DNA of 64,000 nt from Alphaproteobacteria bacterium (GTDB lineage: Bacteria; Pseudomonadota; Alphaproteobacteria; SP197). Below the pieces are notes generated by a model. The model ran no database searches, was not told the origin of the DNA, and was given only the letters and a program-made list of their open reading frames with translations. Shown piece after piece: positions 51,270 through 59,997 of this stretch (position 1 is the first letter of the stretch; every line of letters begins with the position of its first letter). The position numbers and the translations under genes are program-made. The DNA lies in the NCBI GenBank assembly GCA_964291265.2, contig OZ219747.1:1184001-1248000 (forward strand). The letters run 5' to 3'.

Positions 51270-51601
51270 GGTCTTGCATTGACGTTGACGATGTCGTTCC
51301 GGTCGGCGTTTTCTGGCGTTCGGCGTTTGTGGAACGTGATGTGGGAGGGGAGCTTCAGGCTTTTGCGCGTGGTTTCGTTCTGGCGTTTTCCGGCCTCGTC
51401 GTGGTTCGTCGGGCGGGACGATCTCGAGGCTGGAGAGCTGACGGTTTCTGTTGCGCTGGGCGAAGAGGCTGCGTGCGTTGCGGTTGCGGCGGCGCAGGGT
51501 GCGGCAGGCGTCGAGTGTTTTCGGGCGGATGCTGCGACCTGTGAGCCAGTCCGGCGGCGGATCGGGCGTTGCTGCGGCTCAGCGGCTGCGGCAGTCTCGT
51601 G
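51270..51601 (-). repeat. Decayed, internally deleted copy of the TOPRIM gene (matches ~54510-54640 and ~54890-55082)
   Basis: GTGGGAGGGGAGCTTCA, TCCGGCCTCGTCGTGGT and GTGAGCCAGTCCGG are shared in collinear order. Confidence 0.85.
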
Positions 51602-51902
51602 ATGTGGTGTCGTTTGGACGGCCCGGGGGTTTCCCGGGGAGGCTGAGAGGCGCGTCGGGGTGAGACGTTCTCATTCCTGGATGGTAACGCGTGACCGCGT
51701 TCAAGGGTCTTGCGAGATTACGTGTCCCTTCCGTAGCCGCGTGGCGGTTCGATGTCCTCGAGAGCCTCGATGTCGGCATCGGCGACGATCTGCAGGCGTT
51801 CTCCGTAAGGCGTGTCACGGAGTAACTGCCCAGGTCTGATTTTGCCGAGTCCTGACGGGAGGTGGATTGATGGCTCCGGTCTGATGACGCCGAGGAGGGA
51901 TG

Positions 51903-53444
51903 TCAGAAGCGCAGTTTCGGGATCAGCTGTATGGGATCGGGGTGGGCCAGTGTTTCGAGGACATTCCAGCCCTGTTTTCGGGCGATGGAGATGACGGATC
52001 GCAGCTTGGCGAAGTCCCATGCGCCCTGCATGGATCGGAAGCCGCCCGAGATTTTCTGGCGCAGCTTGCTCATGCGGAAGTCTTGCTCGGCCTGGTTGTT
52101 GGAGAACGGGACTTGCGGGTTGGTGAGGAAGCGCAGGCAGCCGTCCTTGTGCTTCTGAAGGCGAAGCGCGAGGTTGTGGCCGATGCGGCGTTTTCGTCGT
52201 CCGCGCTTTCCGGGCTGGAGCGGCGGCCTCTGTTCGTGGGAAGCGATGGCCTGCTCGAGGATCCTGTCCCAGGCTTGCGAGATGCGGGCGAGGAGTGAAG
52301 CGGGGATGTCGCGGTCGTTCTTGCGGGCGAAGCGGGCGGCTCTGTTGGCACGGATGAGGAGCCTGTGCATGGCGGTGGCCCAGTCTTCCTTCTCGATCTC
52401 GATCAGAGCCTGGAGTTCGCGCAGGTGATGGGCGTTGCAGGCACCGTGGCGCACGCCCTCGAGAGTGAAGTAAGTGGCCAAGTCGTCATGGATGACGATG
52501 CCGTTGAGCGTCTCGTCGATGTGTTTGCGGCCGGTGGCGATGCGCAGGATGGTGAGCAAGGGGGTGCACAGCACATGGAGCCAGTGGGTCTGGCCGTTGA
52601 TGCGGATGCCGGTCTCGTCGAGGTGTTTGACCGGTGCTTGGGTGCGGATGATCTGCGCGACATGATCGAGGAAGCTCTCGAAGCGCCGGGCGGTGCGCCT
52701 GCCCATGGCGGCGATGGTGGCGGTTGAGATCCTGACGGCGAAGAGGTCGCTCATGACCTCGGCGACGCGCTTCTCGGGAATGAACTGGGCGTGCAACAGG
52801 TAGGTCACCCAGGCGGTGATGCGCGGCCCGTACTGGACCGGGGCGCTCACGCCGTGCGGGAAGGCGGCTGTTGTCACAGCGCCGCAGGCGGCGCAGAGAC
52901 AGCGATGGGCGCGATGTTCGGTGACCTCGAGGGGCTGCGGCTCGGGCATGTCGAAGACCTGCCGACAGACGGGTTCTGCGTGACGGTCATCATCCGACAG
53001 CGGTGCGCCGCAGCCCTTACAGGCAGACGGAGCATGATCGACGACATGGTCCGGGTTCTCGGCCTGCTTCAGGGTGACTCCCTCGTGGCCGCGCTGACCG
53101 CCACTGGGCCTGTCGGACTTGCCGCGCTGGCTCCGGGTGCGCTTCTGTCGGTTTCCGCTCTTCTTCTTCGGACCGTCGCTGGCCGGTGGCTTGGAGCTGG
53201 TGGAGCTGTCGAGCGCGGCGCTGCGCTCGAGTGCGTCAATCCGTTCGCGCAAGCCGGTGTTCTCCCGCTCCAGCGCCTCGATCTCCCCGACCAGCGCCTC
53301 ACTCAGGCGCAACATCCCCTGGCCCCAATCCCGGAGGGCCTTGACGGCAGTCACGGCGAAGGAGTGTGGACTGAACAGGTCCTGAAGGCCCACGAAGGCC
53401 TCGTCATGGGCGGCGATGTCCTCGCGCCAGCGCGAGACGGTCAC
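51903..53444 (-). CDS. IS66 family transposase (TnpC-like; no tnpA/tnpB helper genes seen)
   Basis: DSSTSSKPPASD, GGQRGHEG, CKGC...CAAC, HLDETG, CNAHHLREL, PFSNNQAEQDFR, KISGGFRS; GTG 53444 overlaps the MTase stop. Confidence 0.92.
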   Translation of the reverse strand: MTVSRWREDIAAHDEAFVGLQDLFSPHSFAVTAVKALRDWGQGMLRLSEALVGEIEALERENTGLRERIDALERSAALDSSTSSKPPASDGPKKKSGNRQKRTRSQRGKSDRPSGGQRGHEGVTLKQAENPDHVVDHAPSACKGCGAPLSDDDRHAEPVCRQVFDMPEPQPLEVTEHRAHRCLCAACGAVTTAAFPHGVSAPVQYGPRITAWVTYLLHAQFIPEKRVAEVMSDLFAVRISTATIAAMGRRTARRFESFLDHVAQIIRTQAPVKHLDETGIRINGQTHWLHVLCTPLLTILRIATGRKHIDETLNGIVIHDDLATYFTLEGVRHGACNAHHLRELQALIEIEKEDWATAMHRLLIRANRAARFARKNDRDIPASLLARISQAWDRILEQAIASHEQRPPLQPGKRGRRKRRIGHNLALRLQKHKDGCLRFLTNPQVPFSNNQAEQDFRMSKLRQKISGGFRSMQGAWDFAKLRSVISIARKQGWNVLETLAHPDPIQLIPKLRF

Positions 53445-54110
53445 GAACCCTCCCCGGCCTCGACGGCCATGATCGCCGCCAGCACGGCCAGACGTTCCCC
53501 CGGCGGCATGGCCTCGTAGCGCCGCCCCCAGTTGGCCGCCTTGCGCTTGATGCACTGGCGGGCGGTGAAGTTCCGCCCCGCGTAGCGCGACCAGTGCACC
53601 CGGTCGGGAGCAAAGTTGAACCATACCACCTCGGTCCGCACCTGGGCCTGGGTCGTCACCTGCAGCGCCACCCGGCGCCAGCCCGCCAGAAGATCGTCAT
53701 AGAGCGCTTCACGGGTGGCCCGAGACCATCACCTGGCAGGGCAGGCCCTTGAGCAGTTCAAGGAGCGCAACATGGTCCGCCTCCTCGTACTCGAAGCGGT
53801 AGCGCCGCGACGAACGCCGCGTCGCGTGCAGATAGGGCGGATCGCTGTAGACCAGCTCCGGACCCAGAAACGGGAACGAAGCCAGGAAGGAGTGAGCACA
53901 GTCGTGCACCAACTCCACCGGATAAGCGCACTCAAAGGCCTCAAGCGCACGCTCATCACGGTCAATCCCGATCGAGCGCTCCGACGCAGCCTTGCGCTTC
54001 ATCAGCGCTCCGCCCCCCAGATGGCTCTCGATATAGACAGAGTGCGGCGGCATCAGCGCAATCAGCGCCTGGCACAAACCCGGCGTCGCCTTCGATCCGA
54101 AGTACCCCAA
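53441..54110 (-). pseudogene. D12-class N6-adenine DNA methyltransferase (Dam-like), broken near 53709
   Basis: YFGSK, YIESHLGGG, YSDPPY, VMVSG; after CCG-TGA-A the next frame continues ALYDDLLAGWRR...RTEVVWFNF. Confidence 0.85.
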
Positions 54111-54138
54111 CGGCCGCCCCCCTCATGACAGAGGGCAA

Positions 54139-54167
54139 CTCATAGGCTCACCGGCCTAGTAAGTCAA
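54139..54167 (-). promoter_or_regulatory. Sigma70-like promoter inside the IS66 end, facing the MTase-transposase pair
   Basis: TTGACT-17 bp-TATGAG on the minus strand, ~30 bp upstream of the MTase TTG start. Confidence 0.55.
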
Positions 54168-54484
54168 GACGCGCAGAATCAACAAAGCGACGACACCAAA
54201 ACCGCACCCAACGCAACCAACGTCAACACAGACTCAGACCTGGCGGGGTACCTGGGCAGTTACGTCACGGAGGCTTTCGGGGATGCTGTCGAGGTGGTCA
54301 CGCCATTCGTCCTGCAGGGCGCGCAGTTCGGCCACGGCGTCGTTCCAGCGTTGCGGTCGCGAGCGCCGGTCACGGTGCTTTGGGGTGTGGACGGGAGGGA
54401 TGCCGGCCTTGCGCCGTTCCCGGTATCGCCGCTGCTTTTCGGCGGGCGTGAGGGGCATGAGTGGTCTCCTTGTGACGGACGTGG

Positions 54485-55378
54485 TCATGATCTCGCTTGT
54501 GGTTCTTTGGTCCTGGCGTTGACGACGTCGTTCCAGTCGGCGTTTTCCGGCGGTCTGCGTCTGTGGAACGAGACGTGGGAGGGGAGCTTCATCTTTTTGC
54601 GCAGGGTTTCGGCCTGTCGCTCTCCGGCCTCGTCGTGGTCCTGGGCGAGGACGATGGTCCTGACGTTGGGCAGGCTGCTTGCGGCGAGGCTGATCTGTTC
54701 GTGCTGTCTTCGCGAGGGTGCCCCGGCGGTGGAGAGGAAGGCGTGGCTGGGGGGACATTGGTCGATCTGGGCCAGGCTGAGGGCGTCGACGGCGCTTTCG
54801 GTGATGACGAGGGCCTCGAGGTCCGCGGCGGTTCCGGCGCGGACGGCGAACAGGCTTCGGGTTCCACCGGTGGCGAAGCGTTTCGGTCCGTCGGGGGGAC
54901 CGATCTCGAAGCCGGTGAGCTTTCGCTTCCTGTTGCGATGGGCGAAGAGGACGCGTCCGTTGTGGTCGCGGCGGACCAGGGGGCGGCAGGTGTCGAGGGT
55001 CTCCGGGAGGATGCCGCGCCCGGTGAGCCAGTCCGGGGCCGCATCGGGCGTTGCCGCGGCCCAGAGGCTGCGGAAGTCGCGTGGCGCGGCGTCGGGTGCT
55101 GCGAAGCGGGTGCAGATGTCGGCGAAGGCCAGTCCGCGGTTGAGCATGAAGTCGATGACGGTTCCGTTGTCTTCATCGTTCTGGGTGTTGAAGTAGACCC
55201 AGTGTCCGTTGTTGAGGCACTTCGTGACGAGCTTCGGCAGGCCGGGTGCGCACAGGACGGGGTTGGCGCGTGTCGAGGCCTGTTCGTCGCGGACGTATCC
55301 CCAGTCGGCGGCGATGCGTTCGAACGGCATGCGCTTGACGGCGTCGAAGTCGACGCGGCGGGGTTTATCGGGTTTCAC
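54485..55378 (-). CDS. TOPRIM-domain (DUF3991-like/primase-like) protein
   Basis: GTVIDF N-terminal motif; LVITESAVDALS (catalytic E) and LAQDHDEAG (DxD); start overlaps the istB 3' end. Confidence 0.82.
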   Translation of the reverse strand: MKPDKPRRVDFDAVKRMPFERIAADWGYVRDEQASTRANPVLCAPGLPKLVTKCLNNGHWVYFNTQNDEDNGTVIDFMLNRGLAFADICTRFAAPDAAPRDFRSLWAAATPDAAPDWLTGRGILPETLDTCRPLVRRDHNGRVLFAHRNRKRKLTGFEIGPPDGPKRFATGGTRSLFAVRAGTAADLEALVITESAVDALSLAQIDQCPPSHAFLSTAGAPSRRQHEQISLAASSLPNVRTIVLAQDHDEAGERQAETLRKKMKLPSHVSFHRRRPPENADWNDVVNARTKEPQARS

Positions 55379-56066
55379 GCCTGAGCCGCCAGGAGTCGCT
55401 GTCGATGGAGATGAGGGTTGCGTCGTGCATGAGCCGGTCGACGGTGCCGGCGATGCCGGAGGCGCTGGGGAAGACGCGGTCCCACTGGGCGAAGGCGAGG
55501 CTTGTCGTGACCATGGTCGAGCGGCGCTGATAGCGCCGCGAGACGATGGCGTAGAGGATGTCGGCATGGTGGCTTTCGAGGGTCACGTAGCCGATTTCGT
55601 CGAGGATGAGCAGGCGGGGCCTGGCGAGGATCGCGAGGCGGCGGCGCAGCTCGCTGCGCGAGACGGTCTCGGCGAGTGCCTCGAGCAGTTCCGGCGCCTT
55701 CTCGAAGCGGACGGTGTGGCCGTGCAGCAGGGCCTGGTGCGCCACGTTGGCGGCGATCATGGTCTTTCCGGTGCCCTGCCCGCCGACGAGCACGGCGTTG
55801 TCCGCACGGTCGACGAAGCCGAGGCCGAGGAGCGCTTCGACATGAGCCCGGCTGATGTCGCGCGGCCATGTCCAGTCGAAGTCCGCCAGGGGCTTGAAGG
55901 CGGGCAGCCGCGCCGCGGCGCGGCGGCGCTCGTGGCTGCGGGCCCTGCGGGCCTGTTCCTCGCCGCTGACCACCTCCTCGATCCATGCGGTCCCGGCGAC
56001 CTCGTCCCAGCGTTCGACGAGCCCGTGGAGGCCGAGCGCCCGGGCACGCTCCCTGAGCTCGCTCAT
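55365..56066 (-). CDS. istB: IS21-family helper ATPase
   Basis: DFDWTWP, Walker A GGQGTGKT, Walker B LLILDEIGY, VDRLMH, SWR; ATGA overlap with istA. Confidence 0.9.
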   Translation of the reverse strand: MSELRERARALGLHGLVERWDEVAGTAWIEEVVSGEEQARRARSHERRRAAARLPAFKPLADFDWTWPRDISRAHVEALLGLGFVDRADNAVLVGGQGTGKTMIAANVAHQALLHGHTVRFEKAPELLEALAETVSRSELRRRLAILARPRLLILDEIGYVTLESHHADILYAIVSRRYQRRSTMVTTSLAFAQWDRVFPSASGIAGTVDRLMHDATLISIDSDSWRLRRETR

Positions 56067-57556
56067 GTCTTGTTCCTGGCGCTGGCTTCGGGCCTGTCGT
56101 AGGCGTCGAGAGCGGTCCCCCGCGGCGTCGTGCCACGGCCGCCGCGGCCGTCGTCGGCGATGCTGAGGGGCGGCAGGCCCTGCTCCCGGCGGCGCTCTTC
56201 GATGATGACGCGCACGGTTTCGGGGTGGCACGAGCCGCGCTCCAGCGCCGTGGCGACAGCCCGGTCGAGAGCGTCGGCGCCGTGCGCGTTGAGAAGCGTC
56301 TCCAGCATCCGGGCGCAGGAGGCCACGTTGCGCCCGTTGGTCCCGGCGCGCGCCAGCATCTCCTCGGCCCGCGGCACGGTGCGCAGGACCCGGTCGCGGA
56401 CGCTCATGGAGCGGGCCCGCCGCTTGCCCGCGGCGATCGCCCTGGCATGCTCCGGATCGGTGACGGCCTGCTTCCTGTCGTAGGAGCGTCGGTGGCGCGC
56501 GACCTCGTCGGCGCCGTCGAGGATGCGAACCTCGTCGCGGTCGGCGACCAGCGTCAGCAGGGCCTTGGAGAAGCTACCCGGAACGCTGTAGTCGTTGGTG
56601 TCGAAGCGGGCGTGGCAGGTCTTGTCGATGCGCACCGGGCGGACCTCGTGATGCGGGAAGGGATCGGCGGGAAGGACGATCAGGTGCTCCCTCTCCCGGG
56701 CGAAGGCGTCCCGCACCAGGAGACTGTCGTCGTCCGGCCAGGGCCGCTCCGCGGCGGCGCCGAAGCACCACTCCCGAACCGCGGCGTTGAGCTCGCCGAG
56801 CGGGACCGTGATGTCGCGCCCGGCGAAGAACCCGGTGCGCGCGAAGCGCACACGGCGTTCCACGCGGCCCTTCTCCTGCGGGCTCCTGGGCCAGGCGGCG
56901 CTCGGTTCGAAGGCATAGTGGGCCGCGAGGCCGAGCAGCATCGGATGATAGGTGACCGCCTTGCCGCGGCGCGTCACCACGGCACTCTTCAGGTTGTCGT
57001 ACAGAAGCCTCCGCGGCACACCCCCGAATGCCGCGAAAGCCTCGACATGGCCTTGCAGGAAGCTGGCCATCCGCGCGTCGTGGAACAGGCTCAGGACAGT
57101 CTGGCGCGAGTAGCTGAGGGTGACGAGAAGCCCCATGAGCCTGCGCTCCGCCCGGCCAATGCGGACCTTCCCGAACTCGGCCCAGTCAACCTGCGCCTGC
57201 TCGCCCGGAAGGAAGCTCAGCCGCAGCGACGGCTCGGGCCTCTTCACCGGCCTCAGCCCGAGGCGGCGCAGGTCGTGACGGAAGTGATCCTCGCCGCCGC
57301 GGTAGCCCAGGGCCACGACCTGTCGCCAGAGCGTGCTGGCCGGAAGGTCCGGCGACGCCTCAAGACGCTCCCCGAGGAAGGCAACGAAGGGGTCGATGAG
57401 CTTGGCCCGCGGCCGCCGCTCCTGCCCCGACGCCTTGAGCGCCCGCGTCACCGTGCCGTGGTGCACGCCGAGATGCCGGGCAATCGTCCCCACAGCCCAG
57501 CCCTCGGCCCGCGACAGCCGCACGATCGTCGCCCGCGTGTCCTCGTCGATCGCCAT
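56063..57556 (-). CDS. istA: IS21-family DDE transposase
   Basis: HTH TIARHLGVHHGTV, PGEQAQVDW, LSYSR, LYDNLKSAV, EKGRVER, FDTNDYSVP. Confidence 0.92.
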   Translation of the reverse strand: MAIDEDTRATIVRLSRAEGWAVGTIARHLGVHHGTVTRALKASGQERRPRAKLIDPFVAFLGERLEASPDLPASTLWRQVVALGYRGGEDHFRHDLRRLGLRPVKRPEPSLRLSFLPGEQAQVDWAEFGKVRIGRAERRLMGLLVTLSYSRQTVLSLFHDARMASFLQGHVEAFAAFGGVPRRLLYDNLKSAVVTRRGKAVTYHPMLLGLAAHYAFEPSAAWPRSPQEKGRVERRVRFARTGFFAGRDITVPLGELNAAVREWCFGAAAERPWPDDDSLLVRDAFAREREHLIVLPADPFPHHEVRPVRIDKTCHARFDTNDYSVPGSFSKALLTLVADRDEVRILDGADEVARHRRSYDRKQAVTDPEHARAIAAGKRRARSMSVRDRVLRTVPRAEEMLARAGTNGRNVASCARMLETLLNAHGADALDRAVATALERGSCHPETVRVIIEERRREQGLPPLSIADDGRGGRGTTPRGTALDAYDRPEASARNKT

Positions 57557-57588
57557 GAACTCCCTCCCTTTGGTTCCTCAACGCCGCA

Positions 57589-58065
57589 TCACAGGTCCCT
57601 CAGCACCACATGCGTCACGACCCGTCCGCACCGGGCGCACCGAAGCGGCGATTCGCGCCGCTCTCGCGCCTTCACAACCGCAGGTAGGGAGGTCGGCAGC
57701 AGTCGGGAAGGGTGGTCCGTAACGATTTCTTCAGAACCGGCGTCTCCAGACACCGCCGGAACGTCGCCAAGCAGCACCACAGCAGACGTCTGCGTGTCCA
57801 TGATCTCGGCAACCATCGCCGCCCTGGCCTTCAACGCACGCGCCTCCTCCGCCTTGCGGAGCCGGTAACGCCGCTGGCGGTGACGGCCCGTCTCACGGCC
57901 CTTCAGCGTGCTCTGGTAGCGACGACGCGACGCGCGGCGCCGCTCGATCCGGGACCGCTCCCTGCACTCCTTGGAGCAATACACATGCCCCCGGTCACAC
58001 GACCGGCAGAGAACAACCTGCCGCTGACACCGCCTGCAGTTGAACAGTCGTCCTGTCGTGCACAC
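57589..58065 (-). CDS. Cys-rich Zn-finger/basic hypothetical protein upstream of istA
   Basis: CRRC..VVLCRSCDRGHVYCSKEC, Arg-rich helix, C-terminal CARCG; start approximate. Confidence 0.75.
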   Translation of the reverse strand: MCTTGRLFNCRRCQRQVVLCRSCDRGHVYCSKECRERSRIERRRASRRRYQSTLKGRETGRHRQRRYRLRKAEEARALKARAAMVAEIMDTQTSAVVLLGDVPAVSGDAGSEEIVTDHPSRLLPTSLPAVVKARERRESPLRCARCGRVVTHVVLRDL

Positions 58066-58383
58066 CGTCCGTCTCGAGAGCGGGGGTGGACCCGGACGCA
58101 AAATGGCTCGACAATACACGGGAGTTCGGTCCCCCGTGACCGGCTCGTCCGGGTGCTGCGCCGGGGGGCGTCACAACTCCGCCCGGCATCGCATCGCTCT
58201 TTCTCTTGATGCCGATCTAGCATCCACCCGGGGCGGCGGCAAAGACGCCGCCCCGGGACCGGACAACGCGACCCGCCCACAGGGAAGACAAACAATCCCG
58301 CGAGTGCCTCGGAACCGGAACCCTCCCGGCAACCGTCACCAAGACCGAAGCAGAGGTCGACGGAACCCGAACCGGACCAAAAC

Positions 58384-58500
58384 GACAATAGGAAAAGACG
58401 GCGGCGCTCGGGGAGACAACCAGCCGAACACTCAAACCACGACAACAGGACGTGACAATAGGACCTGACAACAGGGAAGAAACACGACCCTGACAAAGCG
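58384..58500. repeat. Subterminal short direct repeats GACAAYAGG
   Basis: Copies at 58384, 58441, 58454 and 58467 (last three have a 13-bp period); weaker copies at 58415 and 58492. Confidence 0.7.
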
Positions 58501-59488
58501 CGGCAAATCGCCGAAATCCCGCCGTTCTATGCAGCCATCAACATTTCAACCATGCATCGCAATTCGATGGCGGATCGGCACAGGCCCGGTCCAAGCTACT
58601 TCTCGCGTTCCGGAAGGAAACCCAATGGTCTCGTCAACTCATGGTGTTGGTGGGAATTCCGGGGCGTGTTGCCGTGTGACGGCCCGATCGGCATCAATGC
58701 CAGACGTCCGCGTCAGCGGTCGGCATGTGGGAGACATGCAGGTGGCGCACCTTGATCGCATGAAGTCGTGGCCCTGAGCCTACGGATGACGTCATCAATC
58801 TGCTCCTGACACTCTGCTAGACAGAGCTCTGGACGCCGGCCAGGCCCCTCGCCGATTCCTGCATCGCCCTGGTGTCTCTGGCCGCCGTTCATCGCCGGGA
58901 TGACAACTGTTTCGGTCTGTCGGCGCGGGATTTCCGCCGCATTGCGACGAATGACCGGGATGTCATCCGGAGTCACCATTCCGGCGACCATGACCGCACC
59001 GGTCTCCAACAGGGTCTCAACCTGATCCTGTCCTTTGATCGTCCTAGCGAACTGGTCATACAAGGCCGGTGAACCCGGATCCATCGGGCCAACTCGCTGT
59101 TCATTCTTGGGCGGATCGCCGCCCGACGAGATGGAACGGGCCAGTCAACTGGGCGAAGTCCGTCAGGGCCACGTTGCTGCGGTCGCATTCCAGCGTTCCC
59201 GCGCCCGCAGCCATGGCATGCATGTTGCCGACACAGGCGTGACGGACCGTCACGCCATGGCTGGCGGGTGGCGCGATGATCTCGATCCGGAAATGCCTGA
59301 AGCCTGTTGTCAAGGCAGCGGGACGCGCCATCGCGCTCTTCGTGGTCGATGACAGGATCCATGCCACGGATTGCTGCCGTTCCCACATGCCTGTCAGGTC
59401 AGGGCTCTTCTTTTGTCCGGTTTCGTCCGATGAAGGGGCGTTGTAGGTAGATCTGGAGGTCCATTCGGGACAGGATTTCGTTGTCGAT

Positions 59489-59755
59489 ATGCCGGTTCCG
59501 ACATCGAGAAGGTGCCACCCACTTCAAGAACGGCCTCTGACCCGGTTATCCACCGCCGATCGCGACAACAGAATTGTCCTGCCTGTCAGGTTGACAGTTG
59601 GGCATGTCGAAGGAGACATCGTCGAATGCCCGCTTCATCAGTCACGCTTTTACATCCCCACCGGCCGTGTGCTCAGTTCACCCGCCACCTGGGGCATTCG
59701 TACCTTCGAGACAAGGGTTGATGCGGGAGGAATCCCGGTTCGTGTGCCAACCTAA
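59489..59755 (+). pseudogene. Rieske-type ferredoxin remnant
   Basis: VEGDIVECPLHQSRF.IPTG is retained; the first CxH ligand box is missing. Confidence 0.7.
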
Positions 59756-59997
59756 CGCCGCGTGTGAATGACCTCACTGGCCGTGGCCTCCCCCAGCAAT
59801 CGAACCACTGTGTCGCCGCCGCTCACCCCGGGTGATCGGAAAGGGTGCGCAGCGCTTTCTACAAGTCCGCAGGCGCCGCGCCAGAGGCCGGTCTCGACGG
59901 TGCCTCGCGTGCACGCCTCATTCGGAACAGCAAATCGCCGTCTGTCCTGTCGGATGATTCTGATATGGTTGCCAACGTCAGGCAGGAGGAGTGAACC

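Larger units (their letters stand above)
51822..54263 (-). mobile_element. IS66-family element (2442 bp) carrying a DNA adenine methyltransferase
   Basis: 14-bp IRs GTAACTGCCCAGGT (51822-51835 and 54250-54263); 8-bp TSD GTCACGGA (51814-51821 and 54264-54271). Confidence 0.93.
51718..54488 (-). pseudogene. Small basic hypothetical protein split by the IS66 (pieces 54264-54488 and 51718-51813)
   Basis: Removing the IS and one TSD copy restores ...AEKQRRYRERRK...SIPESLRD|TPYGERLQ...EPPRGYGRDT*. Confidence 0.8.
51134..58529 (-). mobile_element. IS21-like transposon with accessory genes (Zn-finger, istA, istB, TOPRIM, small basic protein), containing a nested IS66
   Basis: Inverted repeats TAGAACGGCGGGAT(A/T)T(T/C)GGCG starting at 51134 and ending at 58529, weaker similarity to ~50 bp; no TSD identified. 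Confidence 0.75.

Noticed and set aside
53445-53624. 573-aa version of the IS66 transposase
   Set aside because: The extra 60 codons overlap the MTase C-terminal frame; the GTG at 53444 with stop overlap is the better start
51270-55082. Diversity-generating retroelement (TR/VR pair) suggested by the duplicated TOPRIM 3' region
   Set aside because: No reverse transcriptase in the window; mismatches are not confined to adenines and the copy has a large deletion; C-to-T excess fits ordinary decay
58384-58500. CRISPR array
   Set aside because: Repeats are 9-10 bp with 3-4 bp gaps; no spacer-sized unique segments and no cas genes
51120-58540. Target-site duplication for the IS21-like element
   Set aside because: Flanks (…GGCGGCGATT and TGCAGCCATC…) share no direct repeat, so exact ends remain uncertain by a few bases
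58713-59388. Possible GntR/FadR and oxidoreductase fragments on the minus strand
   Set aside because: Resemblance too faint to call without BLASTX
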